Below, in pieces: positions 20,865 to 29,569 of a DNA stretch of 64,000 nucleotides (position 1 is its first letter; the number at the start of each line of letters is the position of its first letter). This DNA is from Candidatus Cloacimonadota bacterium. Lineage in GTDB: Bacteria > Cloacimonadota > Cloacimonadia > JGIOTU-2. A model generated the notes under the pieces. It had not been told where the DNA came from and did no database searches. It saw only the letters and a list, made by a program, of their open reading frames with translations. Where the stretch lies: assembly GCA_049903315.1 (NCBI GenBank), contig JBNGBT010000006.1, positions 96,001-160,000 on the forward strand. Reading direction: 5' to 3'. The translations under genes were made by a program, and so were the position numbers.

Positions 20865-21929
20865 TTAGTTGTGGCGAATGCAAATGATATCGCCGTCCTG
20901 AACTATATATTCTTTTCCTTCAAGATGAAATTTTCCGCATGCTTTCAGTGCTTTTTCCGAACCGCATTCTTTGAAATCATCATAGGTGAAACGCTCTGCG
21001 CGAATAAAACCATGCGCAAGATCAGTGTGAATTTCTGCCGCAGCATCAAGCGCAGTTTCTCCTTTTCTCAGCGTCCATGCCCGGACTTCATCAGTGCCGA
21101 TCGTGAAGAAGCTGATCAAGCCCAAAGTGTCATAAGAGATTCTTGTCAATTTATTTACTGCGGACTCTTTGATGTCGTATTCTTCCATGAATTCGAGTGC
21201 TTCTGCTTCATCAAGCTGAAGAAGTTCCATTTCAAATTTACCTGCGATCTCAACAACTTTGTATCTGCCTGCAAGCTTGTCTTTGAGCTCTTGATTTTTC
21301 CCGAAATTATCCTCGTCCATATTGAGTATTATGAACATTGGCTTGAGGGTGAGAAACTGAAATCCGCGAAGAATTTTTTCTTCATATGATGAAAATTCCA
21401 ATGTTTTGAGCATCTTGTTTTCGCTGAGACAATCATAACATTTTTGAAAGAGGTGCAGCTCCTTTTCAGTGTCCGGATTTTTGCCGCCTTTTGTGTATTG
21501 TTTGCCAAGGGTTTCCACTTTTTTCTCACATATTGCAAGGTCGGAAAAGAGGAATTCTGTTTCCAGGGTTTCAATATCCTGTTCGGGTTGAGCAGGGGAG
21601 CCGGGCACATCAAAACCGCGAATGACCAATCCGAGAGCATTTACCATACGGATGATGCTGAGCAGTTCGCCGGAAAAGATTTCTTTCTTTATCTCATCGT
21701 GATGTATGCCCACGAAATCCATATATTCAATTGTTGCAAAGATCGTTTTATGGGGATTGTATATTCCTGCAAGATAATCGATGCGTTCATCAGCCACTTC
21801 CACGATTGCGAGGTTTGGTTTTGTTGCTCCGGAATAGTAATCCGAAGTATCTGCCTCACTGCCTGTTACCGCATTGAAGATAGTGGTTTTGCCACTTTTT
21901 GGAAGACCAACCAATCCGATTTTTATCAT
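20865..21929 (-). CDS. ychF: YchF/OLA1-family P-loop ATPase
   Basis: GLVGLPKSGKTT, FFTIG.DEVRAW, IHTDLAHGFIRAE, EGKEYIVQDGD. Confidence 0.88.
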   Translation of the reverse strand: MIKIGLVGLPKSGKTTIFNAVTGSEADTSDYYSGATKPNLAIVEVADERIDYLAGIYNPHKTIFATIEYMDFVGIHHDEIKKEIFSGELLSIIRMVNALGLVIRGFDVPGSPAQPEQDIETLETEFLFSDLAICEKKVETLGKQYTKGGKNPDTEKELHLFQKCYDCLSENKMLKTLEFSSYEEKILRGFQFLTLKPMFIILNMDEDNFGKNQELKDKLAGRYKVVEIAGKFEMELLQLDEAEALEFMEEYDIKESAVNKLTRISYDTLGLISFFTIGTDEVRAWTLRKGETALDAAAEIHTDLAHGFIRAERFTYDDFKECGSEKALKACGKFHLEGKEYIVQDGDIICIRHN

Positions 21930-22063
21930 GGCATAACTTTCCTAAAGTAGTATATATTCGTCAATTATTATTGAAAATCAATTAACTGTTAAATATTTTA
22001 TCAATATGATAAATTATCAATGAAGATAATCTAAATGTAATACTATAAATTATGAGTCAGATT

Positions 22064-23152
22064 TTAATTGATGAAATCAAATTTCCTTCTCAAGTGATTC
22101 ATTTGTTTATATTCAATTAAGTTTTCTCTCTGCAATCTTCCAACAATGATTCCAGGGCAAAGATTAATTTTGTCTGCTAAGTCCAGAATAGATTTTTCAG
22201 TAAATTTTGCAGATGTAATAAATTTTTTCCATAATTTAATAGGAATTAAAAAATTGCTAGCAGAAATATCTGCCTCTAATTCTTTTCGGTTATCACTAGT
22301 TGATTTTGTTTCAATAAATATATCGCTTTTTCCATGAAGTAGTATATGTGCTGCTTCATGAAAGAACGTGAACCAGAAATAATCCTCATATTTCCTGTAA
22401 AGAGATAGTTGGATCATAGCTTTTTTCGGATTTATCCATTTTGTAATACCATACACAGGTAAACCTGTTAAGCGTTGAATAAAGATTAATGCAACACCAG
22501 CTTTAGCACATTGCTCAACCATGATATTCTCAAAAAATTCGGGCTCTGTAGTTGTTAAATCTCTTATAGATTTTAGTGATTGAATGAATTGTCTTCTGTC
22601 ATAAGTAGCACAGGATATTTCTTGTGCTTCTAATTCTCCCTTTCTTAACCAAACTGAATTAGCTTCTGGTTTTTTTGAAAATGCGCGTGATTCTTTATAC
22701 GATACATTAGGAGACATCCATACTTTTGACCAATCATCTGGTGAGGATATACCAAAAAAATTTAATAGTTCTGACAGCTGTTCAACATCATTTTCTTTTT
22801 TCTCAATCCATTTTAATTTTATGACTTCATTAATTGGAAATTTTTTTAACCAATCTATATGCTTTGATAACTTCTCTTTTTCTTTTTCATAAGCCCAAAA
22901 TTCATCATATCGTTTTTGTCTATTATTCCAGAATGAAGAAGGCACTCCTAGAACTCTTTCTAACTGAATTGCAGTTTCAGGTGTGATCGAGATTTTACCT
23001 TTGATTATCTCATTTATTTTATTTATTGGACGACCCATCCTATGGGCTAAGCTTGTTTGTGTCCATCCTTTTTCTTCAAGCAAATCTAATATTGTTAAGC
23101 CGGGCTTGCTAATAGTAGAAGGCTTATATTCATTTTTTATATCATTTGCCAT
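22064..23152 (-). CDS. higA: HigA-type antitoxin (Xre HTH) fused to ImmA/IrrE-like M78 metallopeptidase
   Basis: PG..I.DLLEEKGWTQ..LA.RMG, INEIIKGK.SITPETA.QLE; FWFTFFHEAAH (HExxH); ATG 23152 follows GGAG. Confidence 0.85.
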   Translation of the reverse strand: MANDIKNEYKPSTISKPGLTILDLLEEKGWTQTSLAHRMGRPINKINEIIKGKISITPETAIQLERVLGVPSSFWNNRQKRYDEFWAYEKEKEKLSKHIDWLKKFPINEVIKLKWIEKKENDVEQLSELLNFFGISSPDDWSKVWMSPNVSYKESRAFSKKPEANSVWLRKGELEAQEISCATYDRRQFIQSLKSIRDLTTTEPEFFENIMVEQCAKAGVALIFIQRLTGLPVYGITKWINPKKAMIQLSLYRKYEDYFWFTFFHEAAHILLHGKSDIFIETKSTSDNRKELEADISASNFLIPIKLWKKFITSAKFTEKSILDLADKINLCPGIIVGRLQRENLIEYKQMNHLRRKFDFIN

Positions 23153-23447
23153 GATAATCTCCGATTTCAACGATCTTAATTATATTTATTTTACTTAAAT
23201 CTAACCATCCGTCTTTTGATACAGGCAAAGGATCAGCAATTGGCTCCATTACTAACCTTTTAGGATTATCCAAATCCATCGCCCATTGTCCTTTTCTATT
23301 TTCTTTTAAGGGATGAAGCCGTCCTGGTAAGTATTTCATGATTTCCATGTTATCACAGTCTCGAATATCATCTAATCTTCTTTGTAGTTTACCAGTTGCG
23401 TTATTACATAGCTTCTTCACTTTTGAGTTTCCGAAAATAATTTCCAT
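23142..23447 (-). CDS. higB: HigB/RelE-family toxin
   Basis: 101 aa; PGRLHPLKENRKGQWAMDL and C-terminal EIGDYH; toxin-first order overlapping the antitoxin start. Confidence 0.85.
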   Translation of the reverse strand: MEIIFGNSKVKKLCNNATGKLQRRLDDIRDCDNMEIMKYLPGRLHPLKENRKGQWAMDLDNPKRLVMEPIADPLPVSKDGWLDLSKINIIKIVEIGDYHGK

Positions 23448-23609
23448 TTTTATTAACCCTTGGGGTAAAAGATATTTTATATAAATATTATGTCAAATAA
23501 AATCTTATTTATTTAATAGCGTTTAACAAAAAAAATCATATAATCATATTTCTTGACGAACAATACTCATGATTTTCTAAGTTTTACAAGATCTTTCAGG
23601 AGGTACAAC

Positions 23610-24422
23610 GTGCTGAAAACTAAATATATTAAGACGCTTGAGATACTCACCTCGCTCTTGATTTTAATCACCTTCATCGTTTCGCTCTACAGTATTCTGA
23701 ATATACATATATACAAACCATTTACACCGACTTCGTTTTTTCCCGGGGTTCTGAGCCAGGATGTAGTGTCATTAGTTGTTTCCGTTCTGCTTCTGATAGT
23801 GCTGGTGAAACTCCGCAATTCATCGGAAAAAATATATCTTGTATGGATAGCCCTGATCGGTTACCTTCTTTATGCATACGGCATATATGCTTTTGACAGA
23901 GTGTATTCTATGTTCTTCCTGTGCTATGTCGCGATCTTTGGTTTATCTTTGTTCAGTTTGATCATATTTTTCAGCTCCATCGATTTGGATTATTTTATTG
24001 AAATACGGACCGAGCATATTCCCAAAAAGTCTATAGCAGTTTTTCTGCTGCTACTGGCAATTCTGTTTATTTTTTCATGGATGAAGATTATTATTCCGGC
24101 AATGACATATCACATTCAACCTGACGGGAATTCGATTTTTGTGTTCGATCTCTCATTTTTCATTCCCCTGCTCATCATTACAGGGATCGCGCTGTTCCGG
24201 AATAAAAAATTGGGTTATCTACTTTCGGGAATTCTTCTGATGAAAATGGGATTTCTCGGGTTTTCAGTATTACTCGGCACGCTTATTGCACCATATTTTG
24301 GATTACCTTTTTCTATCTTTGAAGTTGTGTTGTATGCAATCCTGGGAGTAGGAAGTTTTGTTTTTGCGATCATTTATATCAATGCCCTGCGTTCCGATTG
24401 GGATTTGGAGTTGAAGGACTGA
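23610..24422 (+). CDS. Hypothetical multi-pass membrane protein
   Basis: GTG after AGGAGG; ~8 TM helices. Confidence 0.7.
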   Translation: MLKTKYIKTLEILTSLLILITFIVSLYSILNIHIYKPFTPTSFFPGVLSQDVVSLVVSVLLLIVLVKLRNSSEKIYLVWIALIGYLLYAYGIYAFDRVYSMFFLCYVAIFGLSLFSLIIFFSSIDLDYFIEIRTEHIPKKSIAVFLLLLAILFIFSWMKIIIPAMTYHIQPDGNSIFVFDLSFFIPLLIITGIALFRNKKLGYLLSGILLMKMGFLGFSVLLGTLIAPYFGLPFSIFEVVLYAILGVGSFVFAIIYINALRSDWDLELKD

Positions 24423-24553
24423 GATGAGCAAAAATACCCGGGTACTTCTCTTTGATTTTGAGACATCCCCGGATTTTTTCTGGATTGTAAATTATTTTAT
24501 TAGCACGGGTTAGATAAGAATATTCATTTTATTCAACGATAGAAAAAGGTGAT

Positions 24554-25246
24554 ATGATGAAAAGCAAAAAATTAGTTATTATACTAACGATTTTATTTCT
24601 TAGTTCAATCTATTTATTAGCCGAAACAGACGAGGCAAGAGTATACACCGATATGGGGATTTGTTTTGCCAAAAAGGAAAACTATGACAAAGCAATTGAA
24701 TGTTATCAGAAAGCGATAGAGATAGATCCTAATAATGCAAATACATACTATAATATGGGGGTTTCTTATGACAATAAGGAAAATTATGACAAAGCAATTG
24801 AATGTTATCAGAAAGCGATAGAGATAGATCCAAATGATGTAGAATCATACTACAATATGGGGAATGCTTATAATGATAAAGAAAACTATGACAAAGAAAT
24901 TGAATGTTATCAGAAAGCTATAGAGATTGATCCAAATAATGTAGAATCATACTACAATATGGGGAATGCTTATAATTATAAAGAAAACTATGATAAAGCG
25001 ATAGTATACTACGAGAGAGCAATTGAGATAGATCCAGGTTATGCACTGGCATACTACAATATAGGGATTACTTACTATCTTATATTTTGTGATATATCAG
25101 CAGCCGATAATCTCTATCAGGCAGGTTTGTTATATTTAGAACAAAATAATAGGCAGTTGGCTCTTAAGACCTTAGATGTAATGAAGGATTTCGTTCCAGA
25201 TTCACCACTAATTCAAAAACTAATGGATAAGCTAAATGAGGAATAA
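24554..25246 (+). CDS. Secreted TPR-repeat protein
   Basis: Signal peptide, then 34-aa repeats YYNMG.AY..KENYDKAIECYQKAIEIDP. Confidence 0.9.
   Translation: MMKSKKLVIILTILFLSSIYLLAETDEARVYTDMGICFAKKENYDKAIECYQKAIEIDPNNANTYYNMGVSYDNKENYDKAIECYQKAIEIDPNDVESYYNMGNAYNDKENYDKEIECYQKAIEIDPNNVESYYNMGNAYNYKENYDKAIVYYERAIEIDPGYALAYYNIGITYYLIFCDISAADNLYQAGLLYLEQNNRQLALKTLDVMKDFVPDSPLIQKLMDKLNEE
24677..25040 (+). repeat. Four ~102-bp near-identical tandem repeats encoding TPR units
   Basis: GAAAAYTATGAYAAAG starts at 24677, 24779, 24881 and 24983. Confidence 0.85.
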
Positions 25247-25448
25247 TTAAAATTTATTGGGATGTTTTACTAAACATTGTGTGTGAGTGAGAAAATATTC
25301 AAAGGAAAATTTGACGGCAAATAATTAATTATCAAATAATAATTCCGCTGTTGTTGGAAATTACTGCTGCTCTATTAAATTTTGGTATGGATTTAAAAGT
25401 ATGGAAAACAAATTAACTCGCAACAAAACCTATGAAAGGTGGGGTAAA

Positions 25449-26450
25449 ATGAAAACAATATTAATAGTTTTACTAACGATTTTACTGTTAGTGACATTTT
25501 CATGCAAAAACTCAACTAATCCAGGAGACACAACACCACCAACAGTTGAAATAACAAATCCAGCTAACAACTCAGAATTTGGCCAAGGAGAAATTGTAAT
25601 AATTGAAGCAGAAGCTAATGATAATAAGGGTATTGAGAAGGTTGAATTCTATATTGATGACACAAAGATATCGACAGATATAACTGAACCTTACCAATAT
25701 GAATGGGATACAGGAATAGTAAAGGGTGTTAATTATACTATTTATGCAAGGGCATTCGATACTTCTGACAACAGTACTAACTCTGCATCAATTATTGTTA
25801 TTGTTAATGAAAATTCCGGCACAGTAACCGATATCGATGGTAATGTCTATCAGACATTAGTTATTGGCGACCAGGAATGGATGGTCGAAAACCTAAAAGT
25901 AACCCATTACAGAAATGGTGATCCGATTCCTCATGTTACAGATAGTAGCCAATGGGTTAATTTAACAACTGGTGCATATTGTGTGTATGATAATGATCCT
26001 TCAAATGATGATACTTATGGCAACCTCTATAACTGGTATGCAGTGGATGATGCAAGAGGACTTGCACCAGCGGGATGGCACGTGCCGACTGATGATGAAA
26101 TTAAGGAATTGGAGATGTATCTCGGAATGACACAAGCACAAGCAGAAAGTACAGGATATCGTGGTACCAACGAAGGCAGCAAGCTTGCTGGTGGATACGA
26201 TTTATGGTATAATGATGATTTGAGAAATGATCCTGAATTTGACACAAGTGGTTTCTGCTTCCTTCCCGGCGGTTACCGCTACGGCGGTGGTTACTTCGGC
26301 GGTATGGGTGGCTACGGCTACTTCTGGTCGTATACAGTGTACTATAGTACCAGCGCTTGGGGCCGGTACTTGTGCTATGATTTAGCGACGGTGACCCGGG
26401 GCGCCAACGGTAAGCGCTATGGCTTTTCAGTGCGTTGTGTCAGGGATTAG
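25449..26450 (+). CDS. Lipoprotein: Ig-like domain + Fibrobacter succinogenes major paralogous (FISUMP, CLec-like) domain
   Basis: Lipobox TFSC; DTTPPTVEITNP...KVEFYID Ig domain; VTDIDGNVY, QEWMVENLKVTHYRNGD, YGNLYNWYAV, APAGWHVPTD, LPGGYR, GFSVRCVRD. Confidence 0.9.
   Translation: MKTILIVLLTILLLVTFSCKNSTNPGDTTPPTVEITNPANNSEFGQGEIVIIEAEANDNKGIEKVEFYIDDTKISTDITEPYQYEWDTGIVKGVNYTIYARAFDTSDNSTNSASIIVIVNENSGTVTDIDGNVYQTLVIGDQEWMVENLKVTHYRNGDPIPHVTDSSQWVNLTTGAYCVYDNDPSNDDTYGNLYNWYAVDDARGLAPAGWHVPTDDEIKELEMYLGMTQAQAESTGYRGTNEGSKLAGGYDLWYNDDLRNDPEFDTSGFCFLPGGYRYGGGYFGGMGGYGYFWSYTVYYSTSAWGRYLCYDLATVTRGANGKRYGFSVRCVRD
26250..26450 (+). other. Putative DGR variable region (VR)
   Basis: Abrupt A-poor, GC-rich segment (29 A and 109 G+C in 190 nt, 26261-26450) whose variable codons mostly end in C/T; 3' end of a CLec-type gene; hairpins follow. 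Confidence 0.7.
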
Positions 26451-26521
26451 AATTTTGACTATCCGCCAGTGGGCGGACGAGCAAAGCTCGTTTGTCTATT
26501 TGACTATTAAATTTGGAGTAA

Positions 26522-26656
26522 ATCGATTGTGTCGATTTAACTAATTTAGAAGTGGGTAAGCATTCCATTAACGAATTATCATCAGGAATATATTTTACAA
26601 GAATGAGTGTTGATGGAGTTGATAAAGAAGTTAAGAAAGTGATATTATTGAGATAG
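26522..26656 (+). pseudogene. Remnant of a C-terminal sorting domain gene end
   Basis: Frame opening after TAA 26519-21 and lacking a 5' start reads ...NLEVGKHSINELSSGIYFTRMSVDGVDKEVKKVILLR*, resembling the GIYF...KMILLR* termini elsewhere in the window. Confidence 0.65.
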
Positions 26657-26753
26657 AAAACCCAGGAAAGGCGTTATAGAATAGCAGATACAGCCATCCC
26701 CTAACCCGAGTCGGTTACAGAGAAATTTCTCGTATTCAGATTTGCACTATTTC

Positions 26754-26789
26754 ATAAAAAACCCGCCGAGTAATCTCAGCGGGTTTTAT
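26754..26789. terminator. Intrinsic terminator, possibly bidirectional, after rbr
   Basis: AAAAAACCCGCCGAG-TAAT-CTCAGCGGGTTTTAT stem-loop with A/T tails. Confidence 0.75.
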
Positions 26790-26810
26790 AAATCAGAGAG
26801 AGTTAGAATA

Positions 26811-27386
26811 TTACCAATTTTCACATTTTACTTCGAAGTACGCTTTCGGGTGTGCACATGCAGGGCATTTTTCCGGTGGCTCTGTGCCTTCATGCACATA
26901 ACCGCAGTTACGGCATTTCCACTTAACCACTTTGTCCTTTTTGAACACAGTTCCATTCTCGATATTTTTCAGCAGTCCGAGAAAACGTTTCTCATGTTGA
27001 ATTTCTGCTTTGCCTATATGGCGGAACGCGCCTGCAATTTCCTTGAATCCTTCTTCATCAGCGATTTTTGCAAATCCAGGATACATAATAGTATGCTCGT
27101 AATGCTCACCTGCTGCAGATTCCGTAAGATTTTCTACAGTCGTGCCGATCTTGCCTGCAGGATATGCAGCGGTTATCTCGACTTCGCCGCCTTCGAGAAA
27201 TTTGAATAATCTTTTGGCATGTTCTTTTTCGTTGAGAGCAGTTTCTTCAAACACTCCAAATATCTGCTCATAACCCTCTTTTTTTGCTTGTTTTGCAAAG
27301 AAATCATAGCGGTTACGCGCCTGGGATTCACCCGCAAAAGCAATTAAGAGATTTTTTTCTGTTTTAGAACCTTTGAGTTCTTTCAT
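26811..27386 (-). CDS. rbr: Rubrerythrin
   Basis: AFAGESQARNRY, NEKEHAK, GEHYEH, E..HE.RF, C-terminal WKCRNCGY...CPACAHP. Confidence 0.96.
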   Translation of the reverse strand: MKELKGSKTEKNLLIAFAGESQARNRYDFFAKQAKKEGYEQIFGVFEETALNEKEHAKRLFKFLEGGEVEITAAYPAGKIGTTVENLTESAAGEHYEHTIMYPGFAKIADEEGFKEIAGAFRHIGKAEIQHEKRFLGLLKNIENGTVFKKDKVVKWKCRNCGYVHEGTEPPEKCPACAHPKAYFEVKCENW

Positions 27387-27408
27387 ATATGACTCCTTAA
27401 ATATTTAT

Positions 27409-28578
27409 TTAGAAATGAAAATTTTTTGAGATATTATCAGCTGGATTATTAAAGAATAATTCCCAGTTCCCTGTTTCCATATTGAAGAGAGAAGTTCCGA
27501 GTGTCATGCCGCCGGTTATACCACCGGTCGTATCCGGTTCCGCAGCAACATCACACAGGAAACCATGCAGCACATCGCAATCAACATCTTCGAGGTGGCC
27601 TTCATAACCTGCTATTAATCCCATAAGAGTTGTATAGCGTGCGAGTGTCGTGGCGTCATCATCAGTGGGGAAACCAAGCATTGCATCCTGAATAAAATGG
27701 TTGGTATGAGCATACAAGCCCTCTACTTCATGTACAACTGCGGTGTTTTCTGCTTTCTCGACAGACACAACTCTATTCTCGATGCCCGAAGCAATATTCA
27801 CGTGAAGTGCATTACAAGCAGTAGTATTTTCTATGATAGAAATAGCGTCATCCACAGTTTCTGCTTCAAGAAGAGCGCGGAAGATGAATAAGTGGGGAAC
27901 TCCGCTTGGAACACCAGACGCACTTTGTACGTAATTTCCTGAGAATGCTAATCCATCATCAGTGAGAGAAGGTGCAATACCGCAGAGTAATCCCGGATAA
28001 TAAAGATTCATGAAATCCGGCTTGCCCTGCATACTCACTTTTATGACAGCCATAAGGTCATGCAAAGATGCCATGCCATCTTCATTATGAGCTAAATATT
28101 GATTTCCGTTATAATTGTAGCTGACTGTGGAGCATCCCAAAAGTGATTCGGGAATATCCATGTCCGTTTCTCCTACCAATCCATAATAAAGTGCGATAAT
28201 ATCACCGAAACAGTTTAAACGCATGAGAACATCAAACTCAACTCCTGATCCTTCTGCTGTTCCTCGAATCTCATCTACAAAATCCGGAAAGAGTTCTTCT
28301 GCTTTTGCGAGAAGATTTTCATAGAAATAAACCGAATCAATAGAGATAATATTTACAATAATTGCACTTAATTCTGCTTGTCTTAACATAGCTTGCTGAA
28401 TATTCTCCGCAAATCTTTGTCCGATAGCAAAACCAAGATCGTAATAATTGTCTGCTTCAACTTCGAATATCGGGAAGTAATCATCTTTGTTACTGCTCGA
28501 TTTAAAAAGATTGCAGCCGATTATTAGAAATGTGCTTAGTACAAATATGGTGGATATGAATACTAATTTTTTTTTCAT
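27409..28578 (-). CDS. C45-family autoproteolytic acyltransferase/hydrolase, lipoprotein
   Basis: Lipobox IIGC; G-CST putative cleavage/nucleophile site; AHNED; HTNHF. Confidence 0.78.
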   Translation of the reverse strand: MKKKLVFISTIFVLSTFLIIGCNLFKSSSNKDDYFPIFEVEADNYYDLGFAIGQRFAENIQQAMLRQAELSAIIVNIISIDSVYFYENLLAKAEELFPDFVDEIRGTAEGSGVEFDVLMRLNCFGDIIALYYGLVGETDMDIPESLLGCSTVSYNYNGNQYLAHNEDGMASLHDLMAVIKVSMQGKPDFMNLYYPGLLCGIAPSLTDDGLAFSGNYVQSASGVPSGVPHLFIFRALLEAETVDDAISIIENTTACNALHVNIASGIENRVVSVEKAENTAVVHEVEGLYAHTNHFIQDAMLGFPTDDDATTLARYTTLMGLIAGYEGHLEDVDCDVLHGFLCDVAAEPDTTGGITGGMTLGTSLFNMETGNWELFFNNPADNISKNFHF

Positions 28579-28597
28579 GTAAACTCCTGTAATTTAA

Positions 28598-29035
28598 TTA
28601 TCTATTTTTTGATGCTTTTACTGCAAAGACTACTGCTGGTTCATCTCCACAATTCTCGATCGAATGCGGAACATCTTTCTTTGCCTGCACTGCATCGCCA
28701 CACTGTGAGATAAATTCATGATTACCAATACGAAATTTTACACAGCCTTTGATCACATAGAACAGCTCTTCGAGAGGATGGTCTTGAATAGTGAGTTTCT
28801 CGCCGGCTGGAATGGTGTACATGTATGGAGCGAGATGTTCAAAGTTTCCAAAAAAGGGGTGAATTTCAATTTTATCAGTATGAGCAATCTTATGCTCCGT
28901 TTTGATATAAGCATGCTCCTTTTCATCAGTGATGGCATGGAACATCTCCTGTGGAGCACTACAATGAGGACACTTTTCAGGGGATTCTGTTCCCCTGAAA
29001 ATGTGTCCGCAAACTTTACATCGCCAGTGACGCAT
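28598..29035 (-). CDS. Rubredoxin-like (CxxC-CxxC) + cupin fusion protein
   Basis: WRCKVCGH...CPHCSAP; C-terminal HPLEELFYVIKG...GD.V....VPHSIENCG. Confidence 0.8.
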   Translation of the reverse strand: MRHWRCKVCGHIFRGTESPEKCPHCSAPQEMFHAITDEKEHAYIKTEHKIAHTDKIEIHPFFGNFEHLAPYMYTIPAGEKLTIQDHPLEELFYVIKGCVKFRIGNHEFISQCGDAVQAKKDVPHSIENCGDEPAVVFAVKASKNR

Positions 29036-29038
29036 ATC

Positions 29039-29554
29039 CTACTCAGCCGGAGCGGCAGGAGCGACAAAGGTCCGCACACCAAGCTCTTTGTCCAGCATAA
29101 GGAGCCCGTTGCCGTTATCGCCGATATATTTCAGTTTATCAATGATCTCGTTATCGTTTCCTTCTTCCTCGATCTGCTCGGTCACGAACCATTGAAGGAA
29201 GATCTCCGTTGCATAATCATTTTCTTCTCGTGCAAGGGCTACAAGCCCATTGATACTTTTGGTCACGAACTGTTCATGTTCGAGTGTTTTCTGGAACATG
29301 TCCATAGGAGATTTAAATTCTGCGGGAGGTTTCTTTATCTCATCAAGTACGACTTTCTGATTTTGTTCAATTACATAATTGTATATCTTTTGCGCATGGC
29401 TCATCTCTTCCTGAACCTGGATAAAGAACCAATTTGCAAAGCCCTTCAGGCCAATGTCCTGCGCATGAGCAGACATGGCAAGATACAAGTAAGCTGAATA
29501 GAGTTCTTTATTTATTTGTAGATTGAGCGCATCTGTCATTTTTTTGCTTATCAT
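29039..29554 (-). CDS. ftnA: Non-heme ferritin
   Basis: LNLQINKELYSAYLY, EEMSHA, EHEQFVT, FLQWFVTEQIEEE. Confidence 0.93.
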   Translation of the reverse strand: MISKKMTDALNLQINKELYSAYLYLAMSAHAQDIGLKGFANWFFIQVQEEMSHAQKIYNYVIEQNQKVVLDEIKKPPAEFKSPMDMFQKTLEHEQFVTKSINGLVALAREENDYATEIFLQWFVTEQIEEEGNDNEIIDKLKYIGDNGNGLLMLDKELGVRTFVAPAAPAE

Positions 29555-29569
29555 AGAACGCCTCGATTA

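Noticed and set aside
24677..25040. Possible CRISPR array
   Set aside because: Period is 102 bp, in frame, encodes TPR units, has no unique spacers, and no cas genes are present.
21950..26810. Integron cassette array (TA plus unrelated genes)
   Set aside because: No integrase and no repeated attC-like sites; the hairpin at 26754-26789 is better explained as a terminator.
28718..29497. 259-aa plus-strand ORF
   Set aside because: Antisense shadow of ferritin and the rubredoxin-cupin gene; no recognisable motifs. The same applies to most short overlapping ORFs in the track.
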